DNA from: Marsupella aquatica
Lineage: Eukaryota; Plantae; Marchantiophyta
Assembly: GCA_973895155.1 (NCBI GenBank)
Contig: OZ316899.1
Coordinates: 11,399,675-11,463,674, forward strand
DNA: 64,000 bases
Direction of reading: 5' to 3'
The notes beneath the pieces are model-generated. The model was not told where the DNA came from. It searched no databases and worked only from the letters and a program-made list of their open reading frames with translations. Within the stretch, counting starts at the first letter, position 1. The number at the start of each line of letters is the position of its first letter. A program made the translations under genes and the position numbers. This document shows, in pieces, positions 49,246 to 61,301 of the stretch.

Positions 49246-49365
49246 AATGGTGTGATGCCTAGCCAGGAATCACTCGGCCAGTTAAGTGGGTAAAGCAGGA
49301 GTGCACCCTAGAAACACCTTAGTATAGGGACAAAACAAGGAAAATATAAACAATTAGGGGCGACT

Positions 49366-50799
49366 ATGGAACCCGGGCCGAGGCCGGAGGTAAGGACGCT
49401 GGGGGTGAAAACAAGATTAGGGTTAGGGCGCGCTAAGCGTCGGCGGCTAGGAAGGATCAACGGGAGGAAGGACCGGAAGAGGAGAGGGGTAAGGAGCGCT
49501 TGCAGGGAATGGTGGCTCATTTGCGAGCACGAACTAGGCAGACGACTACGGGAGGCCAACTACTGTCAGCTGCTTAGGCAAGCACTCGGGGAGAGAGTAG
49601 ATACCGACGATCGACCTAAGGAGGGTATGAGCAACGTCAATCAAGCGGTACATTTCTGGGGATGCCTGTTCGAACGGGCAACTGAGTACATCAAGACTTA
49701 CGAGGACGAAGAATCAGAAAGGGCAGCTCGAGAACGGCAGGAGCTCGCTCGATTCTGGGAGCTATAGAAGACGGCTTTCTTAGGAGGCAAACTCATCAAG
49801 GCCGAGTTCTTGTGGACTCCTACTTCCAATCAGCTCGACAATCTTTTGTTTTGCGAAGACAGAGTCGTTGGCATCCGAGAAGCCATCAAACGCTGCAACA
49901 ACATACACTGGGAGTTGAAGGGTAGCACGGAGGGGTGGACAAAGGCAACCGTGCTAGGAGAGACATCCACAGGAGCCAAAATGAAGAGGAAGGGAGCCGT
50001 CAACAATGAAGCCACCCCGGCAAAAAGAACGAGGTCGGCGGCACCAAAGAAGCCAGCCGAGCAGCAGAGCAGGAGGCAAGGAGAAGCCAAAGAGGAGGAC
50101 GATCCCATCAATGCCATTCCAACCAGGGATGACACCTGGAAAGGCTGGGCGGCAACCCTACCAGAGGAGGTGCAACTACATTTTGCACGGGAGGAGGATG
50201 CATGCTTTACGGCCATGCAGACCAAGAAGTACCAAGGCTTCATGGCCGGATCCGGCTTAGAGGCCTTTGTAAGATTACCATGGCTGAAGCCGGAGGTGCC
50301 GGATTCAGACCTATTAGAATTCGTGGGGTCATGGGAACCCGAGACCAATTCCACGAGGATATATGGGAAGGATTTCTATCTTACTCCCAAGGTGATTGCC
50401 GAAGTGTTTGGCTTGCCGATAGGCAATAAGACCAAAGTTGATACCAGGAAGACCTTGCCTGACAAGGAGTTCCAGTCGTTCCCCGGGCCATCAACGAAGA
50501 ATGGCTTCTTCCGGAACACCTGCACCAACCCGCACATAGGAGAGATGATCGACTTCTTGCGGGTGACCATGCATTGTAACTTGCCGAGGGCAGAGATCGG
50601 CAAGGCACAGGTCTATCTGGCAGAGAGGCTAGACCCAAGCCGGGACTACAATGGGTACCTCCTCAACCAATTGAAGAAGATCTTAAAGGAGGAGCAGCAG
50701 GTAATCGGCCTGGGGAGCGTGTCGCGGCTTGGCTATCACATGCCGCTGTTGTGCCGGTATGCCAGAGGTCAGACCTTTGCCCCAGTACTTCCCCTGTAG
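49366..50799 (+). CDS. LTR-encoded ORF-A (477 codons, one TAG at 49765-49767), plant-retroelement accessory-type domain
   Basis: Other copies have CAG at the TAG; NLS-like KRK...KRTR; LLEFVGSW...IYGKDFYLTPKVIAEVFGLP resembles Athila-ORF/Transposase_32-type domains (by eye). Confidence 0.78.
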
Positions 50800-53010
50800 G
50801 TAAGGGCACCCGAGGAAGCTCCAGCACCGAGGCCGGTAGCAGAGAAGCCTCAACCACCTATTAGCCCTACGATTGAGCAGGTGTTTAGGCCAAGGAAGGA
50901 AGACTTGCCGATGCAGCAACCAAGCATGCAGAATCTGCTGAAAATGCTGGAGAAGGAAAAGACGGCACTGGCACCAGCTTCGGCACCAGCACCAATACAG
51001 GACACTGCCCCAGAGGTCAACCTAAGCAGACTTAGAAGGGAAAACCCCTTTACCGGAAATAAGGAGAGAATCAGGCCAGAATCCAAGTCGGGTGTTCGAA
51101 TGTACGTGGGAGTCTCAAGCTCTGAATCTGAGGCAGAATTGCCTGAAGCTCCTACCGGCGAAGAGGAGAGGGAGAAGCCGGAAGTCCAAGAGGTGGAGGA
51201 GGCAATGGAGGACTGCAGCCATGATAACTCCGGCTATGGGTCGGACCATCACGTTCCAGGAGTAAGGACCTGTGGCCGGTTTATCCCCACACTTCCAAGG
51301 GTAGTTCGAGGGGACCCCAACCAGTAGAGTAGCCCCGAGTCTCCCCCACCAGATGTTGCTCCCCCGAGCTTTGACGACATAAAGCAGACGGCACAGGAAT
51401 TCCAGGAGCGACTTAGGGAAGCAGAAAAGGCAGCCCTGGCTAGGGAAAAGGATTTGCCAGGAGGAGATTGGCCGGAGGACATCAGGCGGCTAGCCGAAAA
51501 AGGAAGCAAACCTCTAGCCACGATTGAAGAGATCCGCAAGACGGCTTGGGAGCAGAGGCCGCGATGGGCGATGCCGATCACTTCTACTTACTCCACCTAC
51601 GCTAAAAATAGAGCCATGGAGTATGGTGAGATATGTGGGGAACTTGCGCTTGGCATCTTTGGGGAGGAGTTGGAGGTAGGACCCTTTTTCCATAGGGAGC
51701 AGTTGGAGAAGCACCAATTAGAAGAAGCGGTGGCTTTAGAGAGAAGCAAGAAGGACGAGGTCATCCGACGGCTTAGGAGGATGGAAGCCGAGATTGAAGA
51801 TCTAAGGGCGGCCAAGAAAGCCCAAGATGAACTGCGGATTAAGCGGCATGAGCTGAACATCATGCAGGGGCAGTTGGACACCGCGCAGGCTGATAATCAG
51901 ATTATCAAGGATAAACTGACTCAGACCCAGGGAGAATTGGCCGACGCAATCAAGGACAGGGAGAAATGGAAGAAGGAGCTGAGAGACGTAGAGGAGGCCC
52001 ATATAGCAGTCAACAACCGGGTCACGGCGGAGACTCAGAGAAGGGAGAGGGCGCTGAAGGAAGAGCTCGAGGTCATCCGTAGAGCCCTTGAGCAGAAGGA
52101 GGCCGAGTTAGGGAAATCCTATCAAGGGATTATTGCGCTACAGCAGGAGCTTGCGTCCCTGACGGCCAGCTTCAAGGCCGACCTGCGGGAGAAGGACGCC
52201 CAGCTCGACCAGACCTATGCCAAGATGAATAACATGGAGTCTAAGGTCGTAGCGGAGCTCGACAAGGAGCTAAGAGCAACCCAGGAGGAGAGGGCTACCA
52301 CCAAGAAGGAATTGGAGGAAGCCCACAGGGAATTGGAGGAAGCCAAAAACGAGCTGGAGGAGGCACGTAAGGACCTGGATGAGACCCAGGAGGAGTTGGA
52401 GGAAATCACGAGGAAGATGGAGAACCTACAGCGGCGGGCCGACAACCAAACAGAGCGGCTGAAGAAACAAGCCGCAGTATTTAAATGCTTAGCTGCATCA
52501 GGTCCATCTCCCGTTGGGGCAAACCAGTTACCCGGGGTGGTAATTGCCGAAGGACCAGCCGTGACACACGGCCCGGTGCCGGATGTTGGCGGCAAGGGGA
52601 AGGAACCGGCTATGTAGATAGTGAAGAAGAAGAAGCGGAAACCTTCGGGGTCCGAAGGTTATTCGACCCCTCAAGCCGTACTCAAACCGGTACCAACCTC
52701 CGGCATGAACACGGCAATAGATCCCGCTATCACCAAAGGTGGGGATGGCGCGGCCCAAGCCGAACTACTCAGTAATGAGGCCGGTATCCCAGATCCACCT
52801 CTTGAGCAGGCCGGGGAGGCCGTGGCCGAAGCTGAGGCCGTAGCCGAGGCTGATGTTGAAGCCAATGCTGTTGCCGGGGGTGGACCCAATCAGGCCGATG
52901 GAGAGTTGACTCAGTCAAGCGCAGGTAATCTGTCAGAGAACGAACCTACGGCAGTGGCTGAGGTGGAAGCGTTGGGGGCGTCCACTGAGGAACAGCCACC
53001 GCTGCCATGA
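50800..53010 (+). pseudogene. LTR-encoded ORF-B, long coiled-coil protein (two internal TAGs)
   Basis: One frame from 50881 to 53010 broken at 51325-51327 and 52615-52617; about 250 aa of heptad repeats; KKKKRK. Confidence 0.75.
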
Positions 53011-55122
53011 TGGTGGTGGAGGGCCGCTCCTTTCAAGGAGGGCGGACGTGGAGGGAGGAGGCGTGAGTGGGCAGGGCGGGCTCAGATCTCTAAGTTTAGG
53101 ATTAGGATCAGGACCAGGAGGCGGCCCTGACACTTAGCTTAGTGGGATTGCGGTTCCACTGGTAAGAGCAACACTTGTACTCCTGCCTCGCTGTACATAG
53201 GTAGATCCAGTTAGGTAGATTAGGCTTATGCTGCAAAGAATTAGGCGGATCCACTACCAGGATAAGTACCTGGGCAGCGGGGAGCTCAGGGCCTCTTCTT
53301 TAGCAAGTTTTTAGTTTGCACCAGCCGGGCTGGGATCAAGTAGTAAGAGAAGCTCTCGGTTAGTCATACAGTGACCCTTGTGTATATTCATGTTTCCTCA
53401 TGCCTAAGAGCTGAATAGAGTTGGCCTCACGGCTTAGTTTGCAGACCTTGTGTATGAGATGTACTGTTTGTATGGCAAGTGCATGGTATGACTCAGTCAG
53501 AAGGAGTCATTTTGCTATTTGTGTGTCGCATTAACTTGTGTGAAGAGTGCCCACATCAACTAATAGAGGAAGGAAAGTAAGTAGGGGAGTGAGAGTTGGA
53601 TGTGTCGAGCTGAGAGAGGTCTTAGCGGCTTAACCAAGCCTATTGGGGATCATTCCGGCGGCGGAATCCAAACATACCTAACAAGACGGAGGGGAAGACA
53701 AGGAAAGGCCTAGATTAGGCCGGCTACGTATCTCATGACCCGATGAAGGATCTGTCCAGTATATGTGTGTAAAATTTTAATAGTAGTAGTAGAAGGAGGT
53801 TAGCAGCGTCCCATGCCGCTAAGCCACAGAAACGGCCTCGCCAAGCGCGAAACCTGCGGGAATCGGCTTGCGCTGGGGGGGTTTCTTGGGTTTAGGGAGC
53901 CATGGGACGCACCACAAATGGCAGCGTTCGCGAATTTTGAAAGGTAGAAATGAGCAAATGGCCCGCAACGCCATCGACTCCGCTCTTATGGAGGTGCCAG
54001 GGTGAGCTTCAAGCGTGAGTGGGCAAGGTCATTCCGGTCGTTGATGATGAGCTAAAGTCGGCGTCTCGGTCCAAGCGTGATTCTTCTAACGGATTCTACT
54101 CCGCCGCCGCCACCGTACTGCGGTCGAGCGTAATAACCCTCTGCCTTAATTCGTAATCATCCGATCCACTAACCTACTCCTAATCTATTCATAATGGCAA
54201 AGATGGCTATTCGTGCTATTCTACGCTACGGCTACGGTCCTAATGACCGTATAAGACCTAATCTACGACCTGCGTTCGGTTAAGTGACACGTTACCCTGT
54301 CACAATGAGATCTGTATGTGCCCCCAAGAACAAAGTGCAGTGAAGGAGGTTGAGTTTGCAAGGCAAGTACGCGATTGGTTTGAGTCCAATCTACCGTCAC
54401 AATCTGGAGTGAGTCGGGCTTAGGTTCAGGATTGAGCTTCCAGGGCAAGCACGGGGCTTGCAGGGCAAGCATGTTGCAATCTGGAGTAGATAGCCTTTGG
54501 GCCTATTGTTTGGATCAAGTGTTCTCAGTGAATTATTGTGCACATCTTTGAATCTAATTGAGTTCTCCTCTCAGGCCTCATTTCTCTCATGGATGTGTGT
54601 GTGTGTGAGGCAATCTGAGTGTATGATGGGACTAGAAGCGCCACTGATAGGTGTATCGGGTGCATTGAAGTGGGTTGGGTGAGGGTTGTCACAACTCTGA
54701 TTGCTGAGAGTGGAATGGCAGAGTGGTGGGGTAATGGCTTAGAAGTCCCTAAGCCGGGAATCAATAAGGAGTCACTAGTTTATGGGTACATTCCGGCGGC
54801 GGAATAGAAATATACCTATGACAGTAAGCATACATATAGACATATGCAAACCATAGCGCTAGGCCCTGTGTGTACGGGCCCGATATGAAGACCCCTTCTC
54901 ACCAGAACTATCATGAGCACAGGATTTGATTCCCAACCTTGATTCCTAAGGATTGAGCTTGGGTGATGTGTGACAAAGTCTTGCTATGATAGTCTGGTTA
55001 AGGGCATAAGCGGGTGTTTACCGGCCTTCACAACATCCCTTCGTGATCCTCAGGTACAAGGAGATGGTTTTGGCACCCAATAGTGATGTTTTCGATGTTA
55101 AGACCCATGTCATCGTGTGACA

Positions 55123-55489
55123 ATAGGAGAGTAGTTTTTCTCAGTTGCAAATAGCTGACGGCTAGCAAAATAGATGGGGTGATCACAATCGTCATCGTCC
55201 AGCTGGCTCAGGACGGACCCGATGCAAAACCCTGAGACATCAACATACACATGGAATTCTTTATTCCAATCCTGGGTTACCATGATGGGTTTTGTGGTGA
55301 GTCGATGCCTGAGCTCCTCGAAGGCTATGCGCCTTCGGGGTGTTTCTTCAATTATTGCGTCCTTCTTCATCATCTCCGTTAGTGGTAGCGCGACTTTTGC
55401 AAAGTCTTTGATAAAGCGGCGACAGTAGCCTACACAGCCAAGGAACGATCGTACGGCTTTTTGATTGATGGGGAACACCACCGTCATCC
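55123..55489 (-). pseudogene. Gypsy RT-thumb/RNase H fragment, continuation of 33325-34087
   Basis: VRSFLGCVGY, VYVDVSG, PIYFASRQL. Confidence 0.88.
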
Positions 55490-56108
55490 TGTCAGATGCC
55501 TAACAAACATAATTACATGGGAATTATGTAAATATGGGTAAAAGTTTTGTTTTGTGTACAATTTGTATCAATTAGTTATTTAGTGTACAAAACTAATATC
55601 AATAAATGTATTGATTCTAGAAAAATATTGACTAGGGAAGATAAGTTATAGTTGAAGGTCAATAGAAAAAATAAGTATCATCTAAGTAGTGGTGGTAGGT
55701 GTCAACTAATGAGTGATCAAATAAATCAATAGAGAATGCCCAAAATTGTTACATAGTCACAACTAGAAAATATCTTTGAGAAACAAATCTCAAAATAAGT
55801 CCAAAAAAAGTTTGAAAATGGAAGAGTCTACAACTTGCAAGAAAAGTTATAAAAAAACAATAGGGAATGCCCAAAATTGCTACATGGTCACAACGAAAAA
55901 TATATCTTTGAGAAAAAATCTCAATATAAGTCCAAAAAAATGAAAATTGTTATAACACTTAGATTACACTCTAAGTGACCATTACATTACACCCCAAATA
56001 ACCCTTAGAGGTTAGGACAGTTACCCAACTGACCCTCAATGTAACCCATATATATTTACACTCCTAATAGAAGAAGGATGAATGTTGATGAACACATTGT
56101 GTGAAACA
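55490..56108 (+). mobile_element. 5' LTR of a Ty1/Copia Bianca-type element
   Basis: TGT...ACA, AT-rich, internal repeat spaced about 130 bp apart (55728-55940), TATA-like box near 56049, followed by PBS and gag. Confidence 0.72.
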
Positions 56109-56122
56109 CGTTATCAGCACGA
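56109..56122 (+). promoter_or_regulatory. Primer-binding site CGTTATCAGCACGA (half tRNA-Ile type)
   Basis: Directly after the LTR CA; complementary to the tRNA-Ile anticodon arm; typical of Bianca. Confidence 0.75.
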
Positions 56123-56358
56123 GCTGATGGATGGGACAAAAAACATTTAGGCAGAGGATGATGGCGCAAAGTTGAATTTCAGAAGAACAATTCATAATTT
56201 TTAAAAAAAAATCCTCTCCCTCGATTAGAGCTGATTTCCAAATTTGAACTCAATGAGCTTATCTCCAGACCGGAACGATCCATAGCCACACAACGATTGT
56301 ATTATCAAAGAACCTGATTACAAGCCAGCATCGAAGCATCCAGTCGCAACGACCAATC

Positions 56359-56990
56359 ATGGAAAAATTACAGTTTAAGGCTCTAGCGATCGATGGCGCA
56401 AATTACTTGTCTTGGTCTTTAGATGTGGAGGCACATCTAGCATCTAAAAACCTACAGGACACAATCTTAACTGATGTAGGTACTACACTGCAACAGAAGG
56501 CTCAGGTCTTGATCCTTATCAGACACCATCTTGCTGAGTTGCTTAAGACTCAATATCTAATCATTACAACCCAAGGGTCCTATGGGACGAACTACAATTA
56601 CAATTCAATCACATGCGGATGATATCACTTTTGACTGCCCACCACAATTGGATAAATCTGCGAGTACAAGATTACAGCAGAATTGCGAGTTACAACAATG
56701 AACTGTTCCGTATTACCTCCCAATTAGCAGTTTGCGGAAATCCAATCAACGATGCGGAGCAAATAAAAAAGACTCTTTCCACTTTTCATGTAACTAACAT
56801 AGTACTTGCCTCTCAATATCAAAACATGAATTTCATGAGATATTCTCAATTGATATCTCATATGCTCCTTGCTGAGAAGCATCAAATCCTAATTCTCCAT
56901 AATGCAAAGACCAGACCACCAGGGAGTGCCGCACCTCCACCCAGATCGGAAAATCACCTTATCGAATCCTCCTCAAGATTCAGGGGATGA
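56359..56990 (+). pseudogene. Bianca-type Copia gag, frameshifted and truncated
   Basis: KLQFKALAIDGANYLSWSLDVEAHL, IRHHL, WINLRVQD, LFRITSQL, KTLSTFH. Confidence 0.85.
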
Positions 56991-57394
56991 GGATGTGGAG
57001 GTTTTAGGGGGAGCAGAGGACGTTGTCGTGCCAAAAGATTTTGGCTCAAGAATGGCTTTTATAGGGGATGATGGGCGAGGCCTCCCGGTTGGGTTGCGTG
57101 CATGCTGACTCGGAGGGGCTGCTTGGTTGGATGGATTGAGGTTTGGCGATTGGGTGACTCGTCGTCACCAGGTTTGGTGTTTGGGTGAGTCACCAGGCTT
57201 GGAGTTTGGATGAGCCTCGCTGCTGGCAGCTGGCTCAGACTGGATGGTTGGGTTTCCGATGCTACTTAAGACTTGAGCCTCGGCTCATTGAGGTTGGCGG
57301 TTGTCTATTGAGATCTGTTGAGTTGCGTTCTATGAGTTTCGCTCCGTTCTGCGGAACTCGACTGTTGTGCGACGGTTTTGGAGTTCCGAGTGAG

Positions 57395-57545
57395 TTTTCG
57401 ATCCAGGTGGGGAGTTTTCGATCCAGGCGGGGAATTTCTCGAGTCTGGAGTCTCGTTGATCCAGGCCGGGATTTCTCAAGTTTTGAGTCTTGTCGATCCA
57501 GGCGAGGGTTTCTCAAGTTTGGAGCCTCGTTGGTCCAGGCCCGAG
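57395..57545. repeat. Degenerate repeat GATCCAGGCGGGGA..TTTC, 4-5 copies
   Basis: Seen directly in the sequence; element of origin unresolved. Confidence 0.6.
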
Positions 57546-58094
57546 TTCCATGCGAGTTGTTTTAGACTAGTGGAGTAGCTAGTCAAGTTTTTGGTTTTGT
57601 GAGCTAAGGAGGATAGTTTTTTTGTCAGATTTTGAGTAGTTAGTCACTCGAGGAGTTCTACCCGACAAGTTAGAGGTAGCGGCCCGCCGTAGGGCCAGCT
57701 ACCAGACTCTTGTGAGCAAGCTTACTCGAGGGCACCTATTGTAACCTTTGTGAGAAAAGTAAAAAATATAAAAGAGTGAGAGTTTGCTCCGAAAAGTGCT
57801 TGTCACCTGTCCCAATCGCAGCCAGAAACGTGTAGTTTGCCCGAGGAGCCCCTAACTTTGAGTCCTCGCGACAACGCCCATATGGAAGAGGATGTTACCA
57901 AGGATACAAAGGCAGAGGAGGAGGCTGGCCAGAATTCCAAGAACCCCCCGGGTGGAATCAAGGTAGAAGCTACACAACACAACCAGGAGATAAGTCCACT
58001 ACACCTTCTTGTTTCCAATGTGGTATGACAAGACATCTACAAAAAGAATGTAGAGCTCCTGCACACTTAGTTAAGCTCTATAAAGAAAGTATTA

Positions 58095-58763
58095 ACAGGC
58101 AACCAGCTTAGTTGTGTATGGGATGCTGTCAAGAGGGCCACATGCTGGGACAGTGTCCTACTTGGTTGGTAGGATTGGCCGCTAATCAAAAACTCTTGCC
58201 GATGAAGGTCCTGCCACTGGGCACAACACCAGGTGGAGTTCATATCAATTACATTGAGTTGGGATGGCAGACAGATGCCAAGGCTGAGTTTGGACCATCT
58301 GATGACAAGGCTGAGGCCTTATCAATATTCTCAGAAGAGGAACTAGACCACAACTGCTACCGGGTTTCTACTCGTTCAACAAGGAAGGAAAGGTGGGATG
58401 GTTTGGCCAAGAACAAGGGGAAGACCAAGGAGGAAGGGGTCGACTCTCCATCTTCATCACCAAGGAGAAGGAAAGGTTCCGGCAACTTAGGTAAGCCCTG
58501 AGCCCAACCCTTCACAAGATAGTGATTTCAACCGAGATCACCCCAAGCTATTGTACCCGTCCATTACGGCTAGTGTTAAGGAACAACTTTGGGAATTGGA
58601 GACACTAGAGAATACTGAAGCTATAGCCAAGGATGTCAAGAGGGCCAAAGCGTTGTTTGCTTCAGAAAAACCAACGTCCGTGGAACCTAGTGTTCAACAA
58701 CAAGCAAAAGAGTGGTGGATCTTGCCACCCAGCACCGTCACCAATCCCAACACTCACGCCTAA
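58095..58763 (+). pseudogene. Degenerate gag C-terminal remnant
   Basis: CCHC knuckle CMGCCQEGHMLGQC, then VSTRS; many stops. Confidence 0.5.
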
Positions 58764-59844
58764 GTGCCCCTGGTGCCCGAACGCCTCCACAAAATTCCTC
58801 GAGCAAGCAACCTAGTGCCCCTTGCACCACCAGCGGCCCCTCCCATACAAAGCTGCACTTGCTCTCCAACACAACGCTACTCAATGGTCCTCATTGTCTG
58901 CACAAGCAACCAAGCCCCTCGGTAAGTAACCCTTCAAGATCTAGAACTCGCCAAGTCTAGCATCCTAACTCAAGCTCAACAGACATTGGTAAATAGGTCA
59001 GCGATAAGTCCTCCCGATGCCATAAGCCGGAACCAGAACCCACGCCCACTATTTGTCCATAACAGCTCCTTCCTTGGGCGTGGCCCGGGTTCCCCCTTGT
59101 ACCTATCCATCACCAACTGACCGCCCTGACCCCATGACATGCTCATGGCCCAAATAGCGTAGCTTGTCCTAAAGCTTGTCCCAACACGTCGGGACCAGAA
59201 TGGCCCCGACTCTAGCAACCAACTCCAGGTTTGCCCCATTGATGGTCTAATGGCCGAGCACCCTTGGAACTCAACCTCCATGCTTACTGGCCTTGCCTCC
59301 CAACTCAAGCTCCCTTGGGAGACTGAACGCGGCTTGACTGCTGTTTGACAGGATTTGGCAAGCGGGCGAGCTAACACCCCCAAACCTCAAGGACCCATGG
59401 CTCCCAAGACCCAGTTGAGCTCAGGAGGATGTAGCCCTTCTAAAGATCTTTCCAACGCACCCAAGAAGTCCTCCAATGGACTTCCCACTGGGAAGATATC
59501 GCCATTTTTGTTTGGTGCTTTCCCTTAGTGTCGCGACCATCACGGCTCACAACTTTGGCTCACCCTTGGCTCCCAGGGAGACACCCCTCCCCTCATATAT
59601 GCTTCTGGAGACCTGCCACCCCCAGACCAAATTTGGTCCCTAAACATTTGGCCCCCAACCCGGATGCTATCACGCATAGTGGGCGCGCCACCTACTGGCA
59701 ACGCCCATAACTTTCTTGTTAGGCGTCCGCAAGTGGAGTACCTTAGCCCGTTATGATTGGGCCAACACAGTGCTCATGCCTAGGCCCTCAGGTCTCATTG
59801 CCGCTTGGGGTCTTCGATCGGCCAAACCCAAATCGGGCCATAAC

Positions 59845-61255
59845 TCATCTTACGGGCAGAGTAGCAAGATGGATACTGGTATTACAGGAATTTGACTACA
59901 AGTTAAAATTCAAGCCGAGAAAACTGTGCATGCCAATGCCGACTTCTTTTCAAGAATTTCAGGTGAACCAGCTACGGACTGCATCGACGATCGATTTCCA
60001 AACGAATAGCTATTCATAGTGGAAGTAACGGATACCTGGTACCCTGACATATTATGATTTCTCAGCACATCAAGGTTAGAAGCAAGGGTAAGTAGGGAAC
60101 AAGCCGCAGTTTTTTTATGAAAGGTCAGGCAGTATCAGTGCATTAAAGGCATCTTACACAGGCATGGAGTCAATGGGAAAATTCAAAGGTGTTTGGAATA
60201 GGGCGAAGTGAAGCGGGTCTTAGAAGCTATGCATGGAGACAAAGCCAAGGGATTTTGCACCAGTAACCATGTCTAAAAAGATTTTAGATGCCAACTATTG
60301 GTGGCCAACCTTACACAAGGATGTACACTAGTTCATCAAGCAATGTGATCCTTGCCAGAGAGCAGGAGGGCCAAGGGCGGCCACTAGACATCCACTACAC
60401 CCCATTCTACCTCTTGCACCATTCAAGAAGTGGGGTATTGATTACATTGGGCCCTTGAAACCCTTAACTCATCCTTGAAGAAACAAATACATCATCTTGG
60501 CTACAGATTATGCGACTAAGTGGGTGGAAGCCAGGCCAACGATGAAGGACGACGCGGTCACCACGGCTTGGTTTATGTATGAGCAAATCTTTACAAGGTA
60601 TGGAGCACCCCTAGAATTAGTAAGTGATAGGGGAACTCATTTCTTGAATGATATAGTCAGCCGTTTAAATGAGCAATACCTAGTACGTCATCGGCCTACC
60701 ACCCCTTATCACCCAAAGGCAAATGGGCTAACCGAACAAGCGTATGGCATCATTGGTAAGATCTTAAACAAAATAGTGGCCCAAAACAAAATTGATTGTT
60801 GTCTTTGCTTACTACAAGTCCACCACCGGCCATACACCCTTCTTTTTAACTTTTGGACAAGAAGCTTTAGTACCCATACAACTTGAGATTCCTACATTTC
60901 AGGTTTCAATTAAGGGGAGAGGTCGTTAGAGGAAGAAAGCTTAATAGAGCGAGAATATAAATTAGAGGCCTTAGAAGAGGAAAGAATGATTTCAGCAGAA
61001 AGAGTAGAACATAGACAAAATTCCATGAAGCAACAATATGACAAAAGGTTGAAACCAATTAGTATTCAGACCGGAGACCTAGTATTACTCTATGACAGTA
61101 GGTATAGTAAGTTTCCAGGTAAACTTTACACTCAATGGCTAGGACCCTTTAAGGTAAACATGAAGTTCTCCAATGGGTCTGTCCATCTGGCTAACATCAC
61201 AGGGGAAGTATACCCAGTTTGCATACAACCGCCTAAAGAGATACTACATGGATGA
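59845..61255 (+). pseudogene. Gypsy RNase H end and integrase, family A-like
   Basis: LTGRVARWIL, TDYATKWVEA, SDRGTHF, GDLVLLY...WLGPF; homologous to 1-1260 in inverse orientation. Confidence 0.9.
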
Positions 61256-61288
61256 AGATGAGGTTGTTTGCGAGGACGCTTCACAATT

Positions 61289-61301
61289 AAGTGGGGAGCT
61301 A
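61289..61301 (+). promoter_or_regulatory. Polypurine tract AAGTGGGGAGCTA
   Basis: Between the integrase end and the TGTGATGCC LTR start. Confidence 0.75.

Larger units (their letters stand above)
49251..53916 (+). mobile_element. Solo LTR, Gypsy family A, near full length (4666 bp)
   Basis: TG...CA; perfect 5-bp TSD AATGG at 49246-49250 and 53917-53921. Confidence 0.95.
45948..54304 (-). mobile_element. Solo LTR, Gypsy family C (about 3.7 kb net), containing a nested family A solo LTR
   Basis: TGT...ACA ends; TSD GTGAG (45943-45947) / ATGAG (54305-54309); second copy starts at 62229. Confidence 0.87.
34088..55122 (+). mobile_element. Solo LTR, family D (about 2.7 kb net), hosting two nested insertions
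   Basis: TGTGACG...TGTGACA ends with an imperfect ~22-bp inverted repeat; TSD GTAGG (34083-34087) / ATAGG (55123-55127); orientation taken from the shared 3' motif at 54785-54817. Confidence 0.82.

Noticed and set aside
50800-53010. env-like gene or host myosin/SMC-like gene
   Set aside because: No signal peptide or TM segment; the coiled-coil likeness is compositional; it lies inside a multicopy LTR.
53725-53775. Hammerhead ribozyme (retrozyme-like) in the family A LTR
   Set aside because: CCGATGA is not the CTGATGA core, and I could not build the three stems or the GAAA segment.
58760-59840. Separate gene or element between the gag remnant and pol
   Set aside because: Only short Pro/Ser-rich or antisense ORFs; no termini or TSD found; probably decayed TE sequence.
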